A stretch of DNA of 63,726 bases, filler included, from an uncultured Acidimicrobiia bacterium (lineage in GTDB: Bacteria > Actinomycetota > Acidimicrobiia > Spongiisociales > JAOTWH01), in the NCBI GenBank assembly GCA_964347285.1. It is 7 parts of 4 records of this genome, joined end to end, with 100 filler letters (N's around TTAATTAATTAA, not from the genome) between each part and the next. Parts side by side here need not be neighbours in the genome. Positions count along the whole stretch, not along the records: positions 33,335 to 40,288 come from CAYFYE010000002.1; positions 40,389 to 43,905 come from CAYFYE010000003.1; positions 44,006 to 45,084 come from CAYFYE010000003.1; positions 45,185 to 63,726 come from CAYFYE010000048.1; 3 more parts are not named here. One strand, 5' to 3'. Shown here in pieces: positions 37,924 through 47,216 of the stretch; positions within the stretch are counted from its first letter, which is position 1, and every line of letters starts with the position of its first letter. Under the pieces are notes generated by a model. It saw only the letters and a list, made by a program, of their open reading frames with translations, did no database searches and was not told the origin of the DNA. A program made the position numbers and the translations under genes.

Positions 37924-39714
37924 TCAATCCCCCCGAGGGACCGTCTCGAGCTCGCCGAGGTCTGGCGGCTGCTTGTCGGCCGTAGAGCCATTCGTCCTTG
38001 CGTTGTCGATCCGGCCATTCCTCATCTCGATCAAGAGGTCGCAGTGCGCCAGCGTGTTCAGACGGTGGGCGATCATGAAACTGGTCCGGCCCTGCATGAG
38101 TCGCTCCATGGCCTCCATGATCCCGGCTTCCGTCGCGACGTCCACGGAGCTGGTGGGCTCATCCAATATGAGGATGGGCGCGTCCTTCAGGAAAGCCCTG
38201 GCCAAGGCGATGCGCTGACGCTCTCCGCCGGAAAGGAGCATGCCGCGCTCTCCGACCCGAGTCTCATAGCCGTCGGGGAGGCCGGCGATGAAGTCGTGGG
38301 CGTTGGCCGCCCGGGAAGCTTCTTCGATCTCACCTTCGCCGGCATCGGGATGGGCGTAGGCGATGTTCTCGGCGATGCTGGCCGAGAACAAAATCGGTTC
38401 CTGGAGGACGATGGCGAACTGATCGCGCAGATCGGCCAGTTTGTAATCCCTCAGATCGACGCCGTCGAGGAGGATCCGGCCGGCAGAAGGATCGTAGAAA
38501 CGGGTCAGCAGGTTCACGAGCGTGCTCTTGCCTGCGCCCGTTTCCCCGACGATGCCTACCCTGGTCCCGGCCGGAACCTCCAGAGTGAAGTCCTGCAGGA
38601 CCGGGCGGCCCCGATCATAGGAAAACGAGACATGGTCGAAGGCCACGGCCCCCTCGGCCCTCGAAAGAAACCTCGCCCCCCGCTTGTCGACGATTTCGGG
38701 CGCCTCGTCGAGGACCGAAAGAGCCCGCTCGGCACTGGCCAGATGCAGCTGCAGGCTGGCCACCTTTCTACCGATGGTCTGTAGCGGCTGGTAGAGCTGG
38801 GCCAGGTAGGCCATGACCAGGAGCAGGGCGCCCAGAGTCAACGTACCCGCCTGAACATTGCGGACGCCGAGGAACAGCACCGCCGCCGTGCCCATGGCCG
38901 TGGTCAGGCCGAGCAGGAGGCCCAGGCCGCCTTCAGCCAAGGACACCCGAAAACGCGCCTCCATACCTTCGCTGGAACGGCGGACGAATCGCTCTTGTTC
39001 GCGCTCCTCTTGGCCAAAGGCCCGGACGACGCGACCCGAGGTGAGCACCTCCTGGGCCACCGACAGAGTCGAGCTTTCCAGCTTCTTCAACCGGCGCGAC
39101 TGGCGGCGCAGCCGGAGTCGATACATGCGCACGATGATGAAGTGGATGGGCGACACAGCCAGGGCAACCAGGGCCAATTGCCGATCGAGCCGGAAGGTGA
39201 CGTACAACATCGAGACGAGCGTTATCGCCGCAGTGAGAAAGGGAATGACGCCATCGATGACGATGTAGCGGATGGCCGAGCCGTCGTATTGGATGCGATA
39301 GGTGGAATCGGCTGTGCCTTTGGAGTCGTGGTAGGGCAGCGAAAGGTGCTGAATATGGCCGAAGAGTTGGGTCCGAAAACCGACGACCAGCTTTTCCCCC
39401 GTATAGGTGCTGAGCAGTGAACTTCCGACTACCTGGAGCTGTTTCAAGAGGGCGATGACTATGAGCAGCACCGCAGCCATGGCCAGCAACCCCGCATCGG
39501 AGTCCACGATCGACGAAGGCACCAGCGATTCCAAGAGAGCCGGCGGCGGCTTGTCGCCTATCACGCTGTCGACGGCTATTGCCAGCGGAACGGGGGCGAG
39601 CAGCGACAGAGGCGTGGCCAGAAGGCCCAGCAAGAAGATGCCCAGGATGTGGAACCAAAAGGGTCGGGTCCGTCGTAGCAGCCGCCGGTACAGGGTGAGG
39701 TCCGTGTAGCCCAT
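37924..39714 (-). CDS. ABC exporter, fused permease/ATPase (MsbA-like)
   Basis: N-terminal TMD; GETGAGKST, LSGGERQRI, ILDEPTS, IAHRL. Confidence 0.92.
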   Translation of the reverse strand: MGYTDLTLYRRLLRRTRPFWFHILGIFLLGLLATPLSLLAPVPLAIAVDSVIGDKPPPALLESLVPSSIVDSDAGLLAMAAVLLIVIALLKQLQVVGSSLLSTYTGEKLVVGFRTQLFGHIQHLSLPYHDSKGTADSTYRIQYDGSAIRYIVIDGVIPFLTAAITLVSMLYVTFRLDRQLALVALAVSPIHFIIVRMYRLRLRRQSRRLKKLESSTLSVAQEVLTSGRVVRAFGQEEREQERFVRRSSEGMEARFRVSLAEGGLGLLLGLTTAMGTAAVLFLGVRNVQAGTLTLGALLLVMAYLAQLYQPLQTIGRKVASLQLHLASAERALSVLDEAPEIVDKRGARFLSRAEGAVAFDHVSFSYDRGRPVLQDFTLEVPAGTRVGIVGETGAGKSTLVNLLTRFYDPSAGRILLDGVDLRDYKLADLRDQFAIVLQEPILFSASIAENIAYAHPDAGEGEIEEASRAANAHDFIAGLPDGYETRVGERGMLLSGGERQRIALARAFLKDAPILILDEPTSSVDVATEAGIMEAMERLMQGRTSFMIAHRLNTLAHCDLLIEMRNGRIDNARTNGSTADKQPPDLGELETVPRGD

Positions 39715-39972
39715 CGGATCAGTTGCTCATCCGGCGGAACCGTTGCGTTCCCGAACCGCGATCTTCGACGGCCACGGCCGAGCCCAACAATCCACCCCCC
39801 GACTTCCAGGTCCTGCCCATCGTAGTCGGCCTCGGCTGAGACGACCACGCTCTGTGCCCGAAAGGCTGCGGCGACAGGTACGTAATCCGCTGTGGCGTGA
39901 TCAGGCGCACGTCCCTGCGTTGCCTTTCGGGGTCGGGCGCCGGGCGCCCCAACTTCGTATCCTGCATTCTCC

Positions 39973-40288
39973 ATGGAGGTCGATGCTCCCGACGCCACGG
40001 CCAGGCGCCACGCCCGCACCGTCCTCGGCCGCCTCAAGAGGCGTTACCCCACCATCCACACCGCCCTCCATCACCGCGATCCGTGGGAGCTCCTCGTGGC
40101 CACGGTCATCTCGGCCCAGACCACCGATGAGAACGTCAACGCGGTCACCCCGGAGCTGTTCCGCCGGTGGCCCACGCCGGCCGAACTGGCCGGGGCCGAT
40201 CCCGAGGAGGTGGAGCGGGTCATCTACTCGACCGGCTTCTACCGGCAGAAGACGCGCTCGATCATCCATCTGTCGGAAGATCTGGTCG
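39973..40288 (+). CDS. nth: Endonuclease III, N-terminal fragment
   Basis: 'PWELLVATVISAQTTDENVN.VTPELF...IYSTGFYRQK'. Confidence 0.9.
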
Positions 40289-40388
40289 NNNNNNNNNNNN
40301 NNNNNNNNNNNNNNNNNNNNNNNNNNNNNNNNTTAATTAATTAANNNNNNNNNNNNNNNNNNNNNNNNNNNNNNNNNNNNNNNNNNNN
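40289..40388. other. Artificial contig linker
   Basis: N44-TTAATTAATTAA-N44. Confidence 0.97.
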
Positions 40389-41635
40389 ACCAGCAGCAGC
40401 GCCACCACCCCCACCACCGCCGCCGGGAACAGGACCAAGCCGGTGATTCGAGCCACCCGCCGGCTTCCCAGGGCAAGCACCAGCCCGCCCTTGACGGCGG
40501 TGTTGACCGCAACGGCCGCCAGGACGGCCCGCGCCGCCGAGGTGGGATCCAGCCCGTCCCGCACCAGGTTGGCCATAGACAGGGTGATGGCGTCGACGTC
40601 GTTGATGCCGCTGACCGCACCCACGGCCACCAGCGAGGCGTCCGAGACCCGATCGAGCAGCAATGCCGAGATGAAGACGATCAGGGCGTACAGGGCGCCG
40701 AACTGGAGGGCGATCCCCAGGGTCAGCGGGTTGCGAAACCGGGGACCTTCTTCGTCAGACGTGCCCCCGGCCGCGGGCCGCCACAGCCACCACACCGCCA
40801 CGCCGGCGACCATCACGAACAGCAGCGCCAGCGGAACTGCCAGCTCCCGGGCCAGGTCGGGCGCCACCACCTGGGCCTCGACGAAGACCCGCGGATACAT
40901 GATCGCCGAGGCGCCGAGGATCCCGCCGGTGAGCGCCGCCCGCAAGCCGCGCTCGGCCTTCGACATACGGCTGAATCCCAGGGTGACGGCGGTCGACGAT
41001 ACGAGGCCGCCGGTCACGCCGGTCAGCCCCAGTCCCCGCGAGCCGAACAGACGCACCGAGACGTAGCCGACCAGGCCGATGCCCGACACGAACACGACCA
41101 TCAGCCAGGTCTCAAACGGGTTGAACGCCTCGAGCGGTCCGAAGTCCTCGTTGGGAACTAGGGGCAGGATGACGGCCGAGATCACTCCGAACTGGAGGAC
41201 GGCCCGGACGTCCTCGTCCGAGAACCGCGCCGAGAGTTGGTGAAGGTACTCCTTGGACCGCAGCAGCGCCGCAGTGCCCACGGCCAGCGCCGAGGCCACC
41301 ACCAGTTCCTCGGCCCACGCCAGCACCCCCACCACGTACACGATCACCGCCGCCGCTTCGGTCGTGGTCCCCCAGTCGCTGGTCCGCTGGGAACCGACGA
41401 CGTAGGCGGCGATGAGCAGCCCCGCATACGCCAGCGTGGATGCGATGAACGCGCCGTTGCCGTAGCGGTCGCCGAAGAAGGCGGCTGCGGCGCCCCAGAG
41501 CCCGTAGAAGGCAAAGGTGCGGGCGCCGGCGTACGTGGCCGTTTCCTCCCGTCCCAGCTGGCGCTCGAGACCTACCGCGGCGCCGAGGCCGGCGGCGGCG
41601 AGGAAGGCGACGACGATCTCGCCCGTCGTCTCCAT
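40389..41635 (-). CDS. MgtC/SapB-DUF4010 membrane protein, 3' end at contig edge
   Basis: 'VGLER', 'AGARTF', 'GTTTEAA', 'GGLVSSTAVT', 'SGINDVDAITLS'. Confidence 0.88.
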
Positions 41636-41729
41636 GTCGCCAACTTACACCCGGTCCCCTCAGACCACCCGGGCTGGAAGTCCCGCTGTGCCCGCCGATG
41701 GCCTAGCGTGGCGGGCGCGAGAGGGCCCC

Positions 41730-43700
41730 GTGAGCAACCACACCGACGCCCCAGAGCCGGGCGACACCGCCTGGTACCGGATCGATCCGGGCGACATGGA
41801 GCCCGGTTCGGTCACGATGGTGGTGGTGGCCGATCGGGCGCTTGCCGTGAGCCGAACCGCCGACGGGAGCTGGGGTGTCCTCGACAACCGCTGCCCGCAC
41901 CAGGGCGGCCCGCTGGGCGAGGGCCAGATCGAGAACGGCTGCCTGATCTGCCCCTGGCACGGCTACGAGTACGACCCAGTCGACGGACAACCGCCGGGCG
42001 GCTACGACGATTGGGCCACCGCCTACCGCGTGGAAGAGCGCCCGGACGGGTTGTACGTCGAGCTCCCGGTGCCGCTGGAGCGGGTCACGCTCATGGATCA
42101 GATGGTCGAGGTGATGACGGACTGGGGAGTCGACACCGTATTCGGGATGGTGGGGCACTCCAACCTGGGCCTGGCCGAGGCGATGCGCAAGGCCGAGGAC
42201 AAGGACCGCCTCACCTACATCGGCATCCGCCACGAAGGGGCGGCCGCGTTTGCCGCCAGCGCCTACGCCAAGTTGACCGGCCGCCCGGCCGCCTGCTTCT
42301 CGATCGCCGGGCCGGGCGCCACTAACCTCCTCACCGGTTTGTGGGATGCCCGGGTCGACCGGGTACCGATCCTCGCCCTGACCGGCCAGATCCAGACCCA
42401 GGTGCTCGGTCCGGGCGCATTTCAGGAGATCCCCCTGGGGGCCGCATTCGAAGCGGTGAGCGAATGGAGCCAGACCGTGCTCGCCGCCGAGAACGCCACC
42501 GAGCTGATGGCGCTGGCCCTCAAGCACGCCATCGTTGAGCGGGACGTCGCCCACCTGATATTTCCCGACGAGGTGCAGGAACGGCCCGGCCTGGACAACC
42601 CCCCGCCCCGGCCCAGGGAGGGCCGGCTCGCCCAGACCGAGATCGCCCCTCAGTCGGAGGAGCTGGCCCGGGCCGTCGACCTGCTCACCGGGGCCGAGCG
42701 GCCGGTGATCATCGCCGGCAACGGCGCTCGACCGTTCGCCGACGAGATCATCCGGCTGGCCGAGCAGATCGATACCCCGGTGATCACCACCTTCAAGGCC
42801 AAGGGCCTCCTCAACGACGACCATCCGCTCGCCTGCGGGGTGCTGGGACGGTCGGGGACCCCGGTGGGATCGGCGGTGATGGGCCGCAGCGATGCGCTGC
42901 TGGTAGTGGGGGCATCGTTCTCCAACCACACCGGCATATCCCAGAACAAGCCGACCATCCAGATCGACTTCGACCGCATGATGCTGGGCAAGTTTCATCC
43001 GGTCGACATACCGCTGTGGGGGGAGATCGGCCGGACGCTGGAGCTCCTGTGCGACGCCCTTCCCTCCCGGGAACGGCCCGCGCAGCGCGACGACATAACC
43101 CGCCGCCGGGCCCGGTGGCGGGCCGAAAAGGAGAAGCGGGCCCACAAGACCGACCCCATGGGCCGCATGCACCCGGCCGCCCTCTTCGCAGTCCTGGGTG
43201 AGGTCGTGCCGGAGGATGCGGTGATGCCGGTCGACGTGGGCAACAACACCTATGCCTTCGGGCACTACTTCGAGTGCAAGCGCCAGGACGTGCTGATGTC
43301 CGGCTATCTGGGGTCCATCGGCTTCGCCTTCCCGGCGGCGATGGGGGCTTGGGCGGCCACCAACGGGTCGCGCAAGATCGTGTCGATCTCCGGCGACGGC
43401 GGGTTCGGCCAGTACATGGGCGAGTTCACCACCGCAGTCAAGTACGGCATGCCGATCACCCATGTGCTGCTCAACAACGACGAGCTGGGCAAGATCAGCC
43501 GGGAGCAGATCGGGGCCCTCCGCCCGGTGTGGCAGACCAGCCTGCACAACCCCGACTTTGCCGAATACGCCCGAATCTGTGGAGGGCAGGGCTTCCGGGT
43601 GAACGAGGTCGACGAGCTGGCCCCAGCCCTACGGGCGGCCCTGGCCGTCGAGGACGGGCCGACGCTCGTCGAAGTGCGCGTGTCGGCCCGAGACACGTGA
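41730..43700 (+). CDS. Rieske [2Fe-2S]-fused TPP-dependent enzyme (pyruvate oxidase/AHAS-like)
   Basis: Rieske CPHQG...CPWHG; 'RHEGAAAF', 'GPGATN', TPP motif 'GDGG...LLNN'. Confidence 0.88.
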   Translation: MSNHTDAPEPGDTAWYRIDPGDMEPGSVTMVVVADRALAVSRTADGSWGVLDNRCPHQGGPLGEGQIENGCLICPWHGYEYDPVDGQPPGGYDDWATAYRVEERPDGLYVELPVPLERVTLMDQMVEVMTDWGVDTVFGMVGHSNLGLAEAMRKAEDKDRLTYIGIRHEGAAAFAASAYAKLTGRPAACFSIAGPGATNLLTGLWDARVDRVPILALTGQIQTQVLGPGAFQEIPLGAAFEAVSEWSQTVLAAENATELMALALKHAIVERDVAHLIFPDEVQERPGLDNPPPRPREGRLAQTEIAPQSEELARAVDLLTGAERPVIIAGNGARPFADEIIRLAEQIDTPVITTFKAKGLLNDDHPLACGVLGRSGTPVGSAVMGRSDALLVVGASFSNHTGISQNKPTIQIDFDRMMLGKFHPVDIPLWGEIGRTLELLCDALPSRERPAQRDDITRRRARWRAEKEKRAHKTDPMGRMHPAALFAVLGEVVPEDAVMPVDVGNNTYAFGHYFECKRQDVLMSGYLGSIGFAFPAAMGAWAATNGSRKIVSISGDGGFGQYMGEFTTAVKYGMPITHVLLNNDELGKISREQIGALRPVWQTSLHNPDFAEYARICGGQGFRVNEVDELAPALRAALAVEDGPTLVEVRVSARDT

Positions 43701-43905
43701 GGTGGGCCGCCGCCGTCGCCCTGGTCGGTCTGGCGGCCGCCTGCGGGGATTCCTCGACCGGAGAGTCCGAGCCTGCGCCGGCGCCGGTCGAAGACACGAT
43801 CCCCGTCGACACCGGATCGGCGGCTGATGGCTGTGCCGACGTCATCGACGCCCGGGCGGAACGCCGGGAAGACGGCGGCTACGCCTTTGCGGTCACGGTG
43901 AGCTC
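43697..43905 (+). CDS. Lipoprotein, N-terminal fragment
   Basis: GTGA overlap; lipobox 'LAAAC'; runs into linker. Confidence 0.6.
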
Positions 43906-44005
43906 NNNNNNNNNNNNNNNNNNNNNNNNNNNNNNNNNNNNNNNNNNNNTTAATTAATTAANNNNNNNNNNNNNNNNNNNNNNNNNNNNNNNNNNNNNNN
44001 NNNNN
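43906..44005. other. Artificial contig linker
   Basis: N44-TTAATTAATTAA-N44. Confidence 0.97.
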
Positions 44006-44157
44006 CGGACATTGGGACCGTCGTCGCCCCCACACGCCACCAGCGCCACGGCGAGTGCCAGTGCCGCCCCCGACCGGCCGAGCCGCCGAAACGGCGCGAC
44101 GGCGGAGACGGCGTGAACCCCCCAGCCCACATCAGGAGCCGGCATCATCTGGGGCAA
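44006..44157 (-). CDS. Lipoprotein, N-terminal fragment
   Basis: 'RRLGRSGAALALAVALVACGGDD' lipoprotein signal; start uncertain. Confidence 0.45.
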
Positions 44158-44318
44158 ACCCGGCGCCCGGCCTCACCGCCACGGACGGGGTGGGCTCGCC
44201 GAGCAGAAGCACGGCCGCCGGGCGGGGCAGCTGCTCCAATCGCCACGGAGGAACGCTGCTGGGCGCAATCGCGAAATAGGCGGCCACCATCCCGCCCACA
44301 AGGACCCGGCGCAGCTCC

Positions 44319-45084
44319 TCAAACCTGGGGCGGCTCACGGTAACTCCCGAATACCGACTTCAGCGCCGCCACCATCTCGCCCTGGGTGGCCCTGGCCCGG
44401 GCGGCTTCGACGAGGAGTGGCATAAGATTGCCCTCGCCCCGGGCCCCTTCACTGAGAGCGGCCAGCGTCGCGTCCACCCGGGTCTGATCGCGCCGGGAAC
44501 GCAGGTCGGCGAGACGACCCCGCTGGGCCTCCTCGACCTCGGCACCAATGCGGAGGATCTCCAGCTCGTCCTCGTCGTCGACGCTGTACGCGTTTACACC
44601 GACGATCGTGCGCTCCCCCGAGTTGACGGCCTTCTCGAACTCGTATGCGGAGTCGGCCAGAGCCGACTGGAACCATCCCTCGTCGATGCCGCGCAGCACT
44701 CCGGCCAGCATCGAGCCCTGCCCCATCCGCTCGATGGCGGAGAACAACTCCTCGGCTCTGGCCTCGATGCGGTCGGTCAGCTCCTCGACGTACCAGGCCC
44801 CTCCGAGCGGGTCGATCGTGTCGGCGACGCCGCTTTCGTCGGCGATGATCTGCTGGGTGCGGATGGCGATCTCGGCGGCGTGGGCGGAGGGCAAGGCATA
44901 CACCTCGTCGAGGGCGTTGGTGTGCAGGCTCTGCGTGCCTCCCAAGACCGCGGCCAGGGCTTCGAGGGCGGTACGCACGATGTTGTTCTCCGGCTGTTGC
45001 ATGGTCAGCGACACCCCGGCCGTCTGGGCGTGGAAGCGCAGTTTGAGGGACCGCTCGTCCTCGGCCCCGTAGCGCTCCTTCATC
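44319..45084 (-). CDS. Methylmalonyl-CoA mutase family large subunit, C-terminal part
   Basis: 'LRFHAQTAGVSLT.QQPENN', 'LGGTQSLHTNALDE', 'IAIRTQQI', 'DPLGGAWYVE'. Confidence 0.93.
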
Positions 45085-45184
45085 NNNNNNNNNNNNNNNN
45101 NNNNNNNNNNNNNNNNNNNNNNNNNNNNTTAATTAATTAANNNNNNNNNNNNNNNNNNNNNNNNNNNNNNNNNNNNNNNNNNNN
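45085..45184. other. Artificial contig linker
   Basis: N44-TTAATTAATTAA-N44. Confidence 0.97.
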
Positions 45185-46103
45185 CCTGGCCGGCGGTGGC
45201 GTTGACGGCGTTGACCCAGTTCACCGCATGGGGATTGCCGGGGTTCTCCTTGACCCAGCCAACGTAGGCCTGGTCGAGTGTCGAGGCGTACAGGTGGCAG
45301 AAGCAGGCGTCCTTTCGCCCGCCAGGTATCTCCGGGTCGACCGTCGCCGGGTTGGGTACCGGCTCCCAGATCTTGGCCCGGTACACCGCGTAGCTACGGC
45401 CGGCGATGGCCTGGGCCTGCAGCACGGCCGCCGACCACGAGGACGGCACCTCGCCGAGGCCGTAGAGGTACTGCTCCAGGTCGATCTCGAGCGCAACGTG
45501 AAAGGTGTTGTCGGGGGCCGGGCGGATCCGGATGGCGGTGCCTCGGGCATAGGTGCGGTTGATGTTGGGCAGCTCGATCTTGACGTTGGGCTGGTCCTCC
45601 CAGGTGAAGGCCGCCCGGCACTCCCCGGGGTTGCCTACGGGGAGAAAGGCGGCCCCGTCGAAGCGAGAGAACTGGCACTGGTTGAGCCCGGTCACCTCGA
45701 ATCGCCACAGCTCGCCGGCCTGGGGCTGAGCCGACTGCTTGGGGCAAGGGCCCTCACCGTCGCCGGCCTGGCACAAGGTCACCGGTCCCCCGAGGGGCCG
45801 GAAGTCGACGACGGTCTGGTCCTGCTGGAGGCCGATCCACAGCGGGTTGGGAAACGAGGTGACGGCGGCGGCGTCCTGGACCGCCGTGCCGGTGTAGTAG
45901 TACCCGGTGATCTGGGCTGCCGAGTAGCCGGCGGCGTCGGCCAGGGCGCGGGCCCCATACTGGGTCATGCCGATTCCGTGACCCCATCCGGCACCGGTGA
46001 AGGCGACCTCTTCGTCTGCGTGGGCCGGGGCCGCCCACAGCACCAGGGCGGTGAGCAACGCCGCGGCGACCGACAGCGGGCGGATCAGGATCGTGGGGGG
46101 CAT
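45185..46103 (-). CDS. Secreted SpoIID/LytB-domain protein, truncated
   Basis: Signal peptide; 'GAGWGHGIGMTQYGA', 'LEQYLYGLGEVPSSW...AQAIAGRSYA', 'DQAY.G'. Confidence 0.88.
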
Positions 46104-46153
46104 GTGTGATTCGATCGGCTCTCGGTTGTCGGTAGTTGAACTGACTACGCCCG

Positions 46154-46184
46154 AAAACCCCGGGGAACTCTACTCGCCCCGGGT
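46154..46184 (-). terminator. Probable terminator after korB
   Basis: GC stem CCCGGGG/CCCCGGG followed by GTTTT on the minus strand. Confidence 0.4.
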
Positions 46185-46199
46185 CCGATCACCGGTTTG

Positions 46200-47216
46200 T
46201 CACTCGACCGTCCACGTTCCGGTAGAGGTGATCAGTTCGTGCAGGTCACCCGGGCCCTTGGTCGCCTGGGCCTCGACCAGCTGGCGAGCCACCATGTCTT
46301 CGTAGGCATCCCGTTCCACGCTCCGGAACACGCCGACCGGGGTGGGGCCGTGCGGACCGTGGGAGAGCCGGCTGAGGGCGAAGGCGGCGCTGGGGTCGAC
46401 CGCGTGGGCATCGTGGACGTGGATGGTGTCCAGGCCCACCTCGGCCACCTCGACGATGCGGGCCGTGCCGTCCTCGATGACGATGCCGTGCTCGCCTTCT
46501 TTGCCGAAGACGACCGGGCGGCCGTGCTCGAGATTGATGCGGTTGGCTTCCCGCTCGTCGCGGCCGGTGAGCTCGATGAATGCCTTGTCGTTGAAGACGT
46601 TGCAGTTCTGGTAGATCTCGATGAAGGCCGAGCCCCGGTGCTGGTAAGCCTGTTCCAGCATCTCGGTGGTGTGGTCGCGGTCCATGTCGATGGTGCGGGC
46701 CACGAAGGTGGCCTCGGCCCCGAGCGCCAGGCTGACCGGATTGAACGGGTAGTCGACGGTGCCGAACGGGCTCGACTTGGTGATCTTGCCCGCCTCGCTG
46801 GTCGGAGAGTACTGGCCTTTGGTGAGGCCGTAGATCTGGTTGTTGAACAGCAGCACCTTGATGTTCACATTGCGCCGCAGGGTGTGGATGATGTGGTTGC
46901 CGCCGATCGAGAGGGCATCGCCGTCCCCGGTGACCACCCAGACCGACAAGTCGGGATTGGCGGTGGCGATGCCGGTGGCGACGGCCGGGGCCCGGCCGTG
47001 GATGCCGTGCACTCCGTAGGTGGCCATGTAGTAGGGGAACCGGGATGCGCACCCGATCCCGGAGACGAACACGAACCGCTCCTTGTCGACGTCCAGGCCG
47101 GCCATGAAGTTCTGCACGGCGGCCAGGATCGTGTAGTCGCCGCAACCGGGGCACCAGCGGACTTCTTGGTCGGTCTGGAAATCCTTGCGCTCGTATCTGG
47201 TGGCGGCGTCGGTCAT
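46200..47216 (-). CDS. korB: 2-oxoacid:ferredoxin oxidoreductase beta subunit
   Basis: 'VRWCPGCGD', 'SGIGC', 'IHGRAP', 'GDGDALSIGGNH', 'YGLTKGQYSPT'. Confidence 0.94.
   Translation of the reverse strand: MTDAATRYERKDFQTDQEVRWCPGCGDYTILAAVQNFMAGLDVDKERFVFVSGIGCASRFPYYMATYGVHGIHGRAPAVATGIATANPDLSVWVVTGDGDALSIGGNHIIHTLRRNVNIKVLLFNNQIYGLTKGQYSPTSEAGKITKSSPFGTVDYPFNPVSLALGAEATFVARTIDMDRDHTTEMLEQAYQHRGSAFIEIYQNCNVFNDKAFIELTGRDEREANRINLEHGRPVVFGKEGEHGIVIEDGTARIVEVAEVGLDTIHVHDAHAVDPSAAFALSRLSHGPHGPTPVGVFRSVERDAYEDMVARQLVEAQATKGPGDLHELITSTGTWTVE

Noticed and set aside
44132..44338. 68-aa ORF ending TGA-TGT (possible UC selenoprotein motif)
   Set aside because: No recognisable family, no clear SECIS, and the read-through overlaps a better lipoprotein frame
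20975..45140. Recurrent TTAATTAATTAA as a biological repeat, att site or CRISPR repeat
   Set aside because: Always embedded in exactly 44+44 Ns and truncates genes; an assembly spacer
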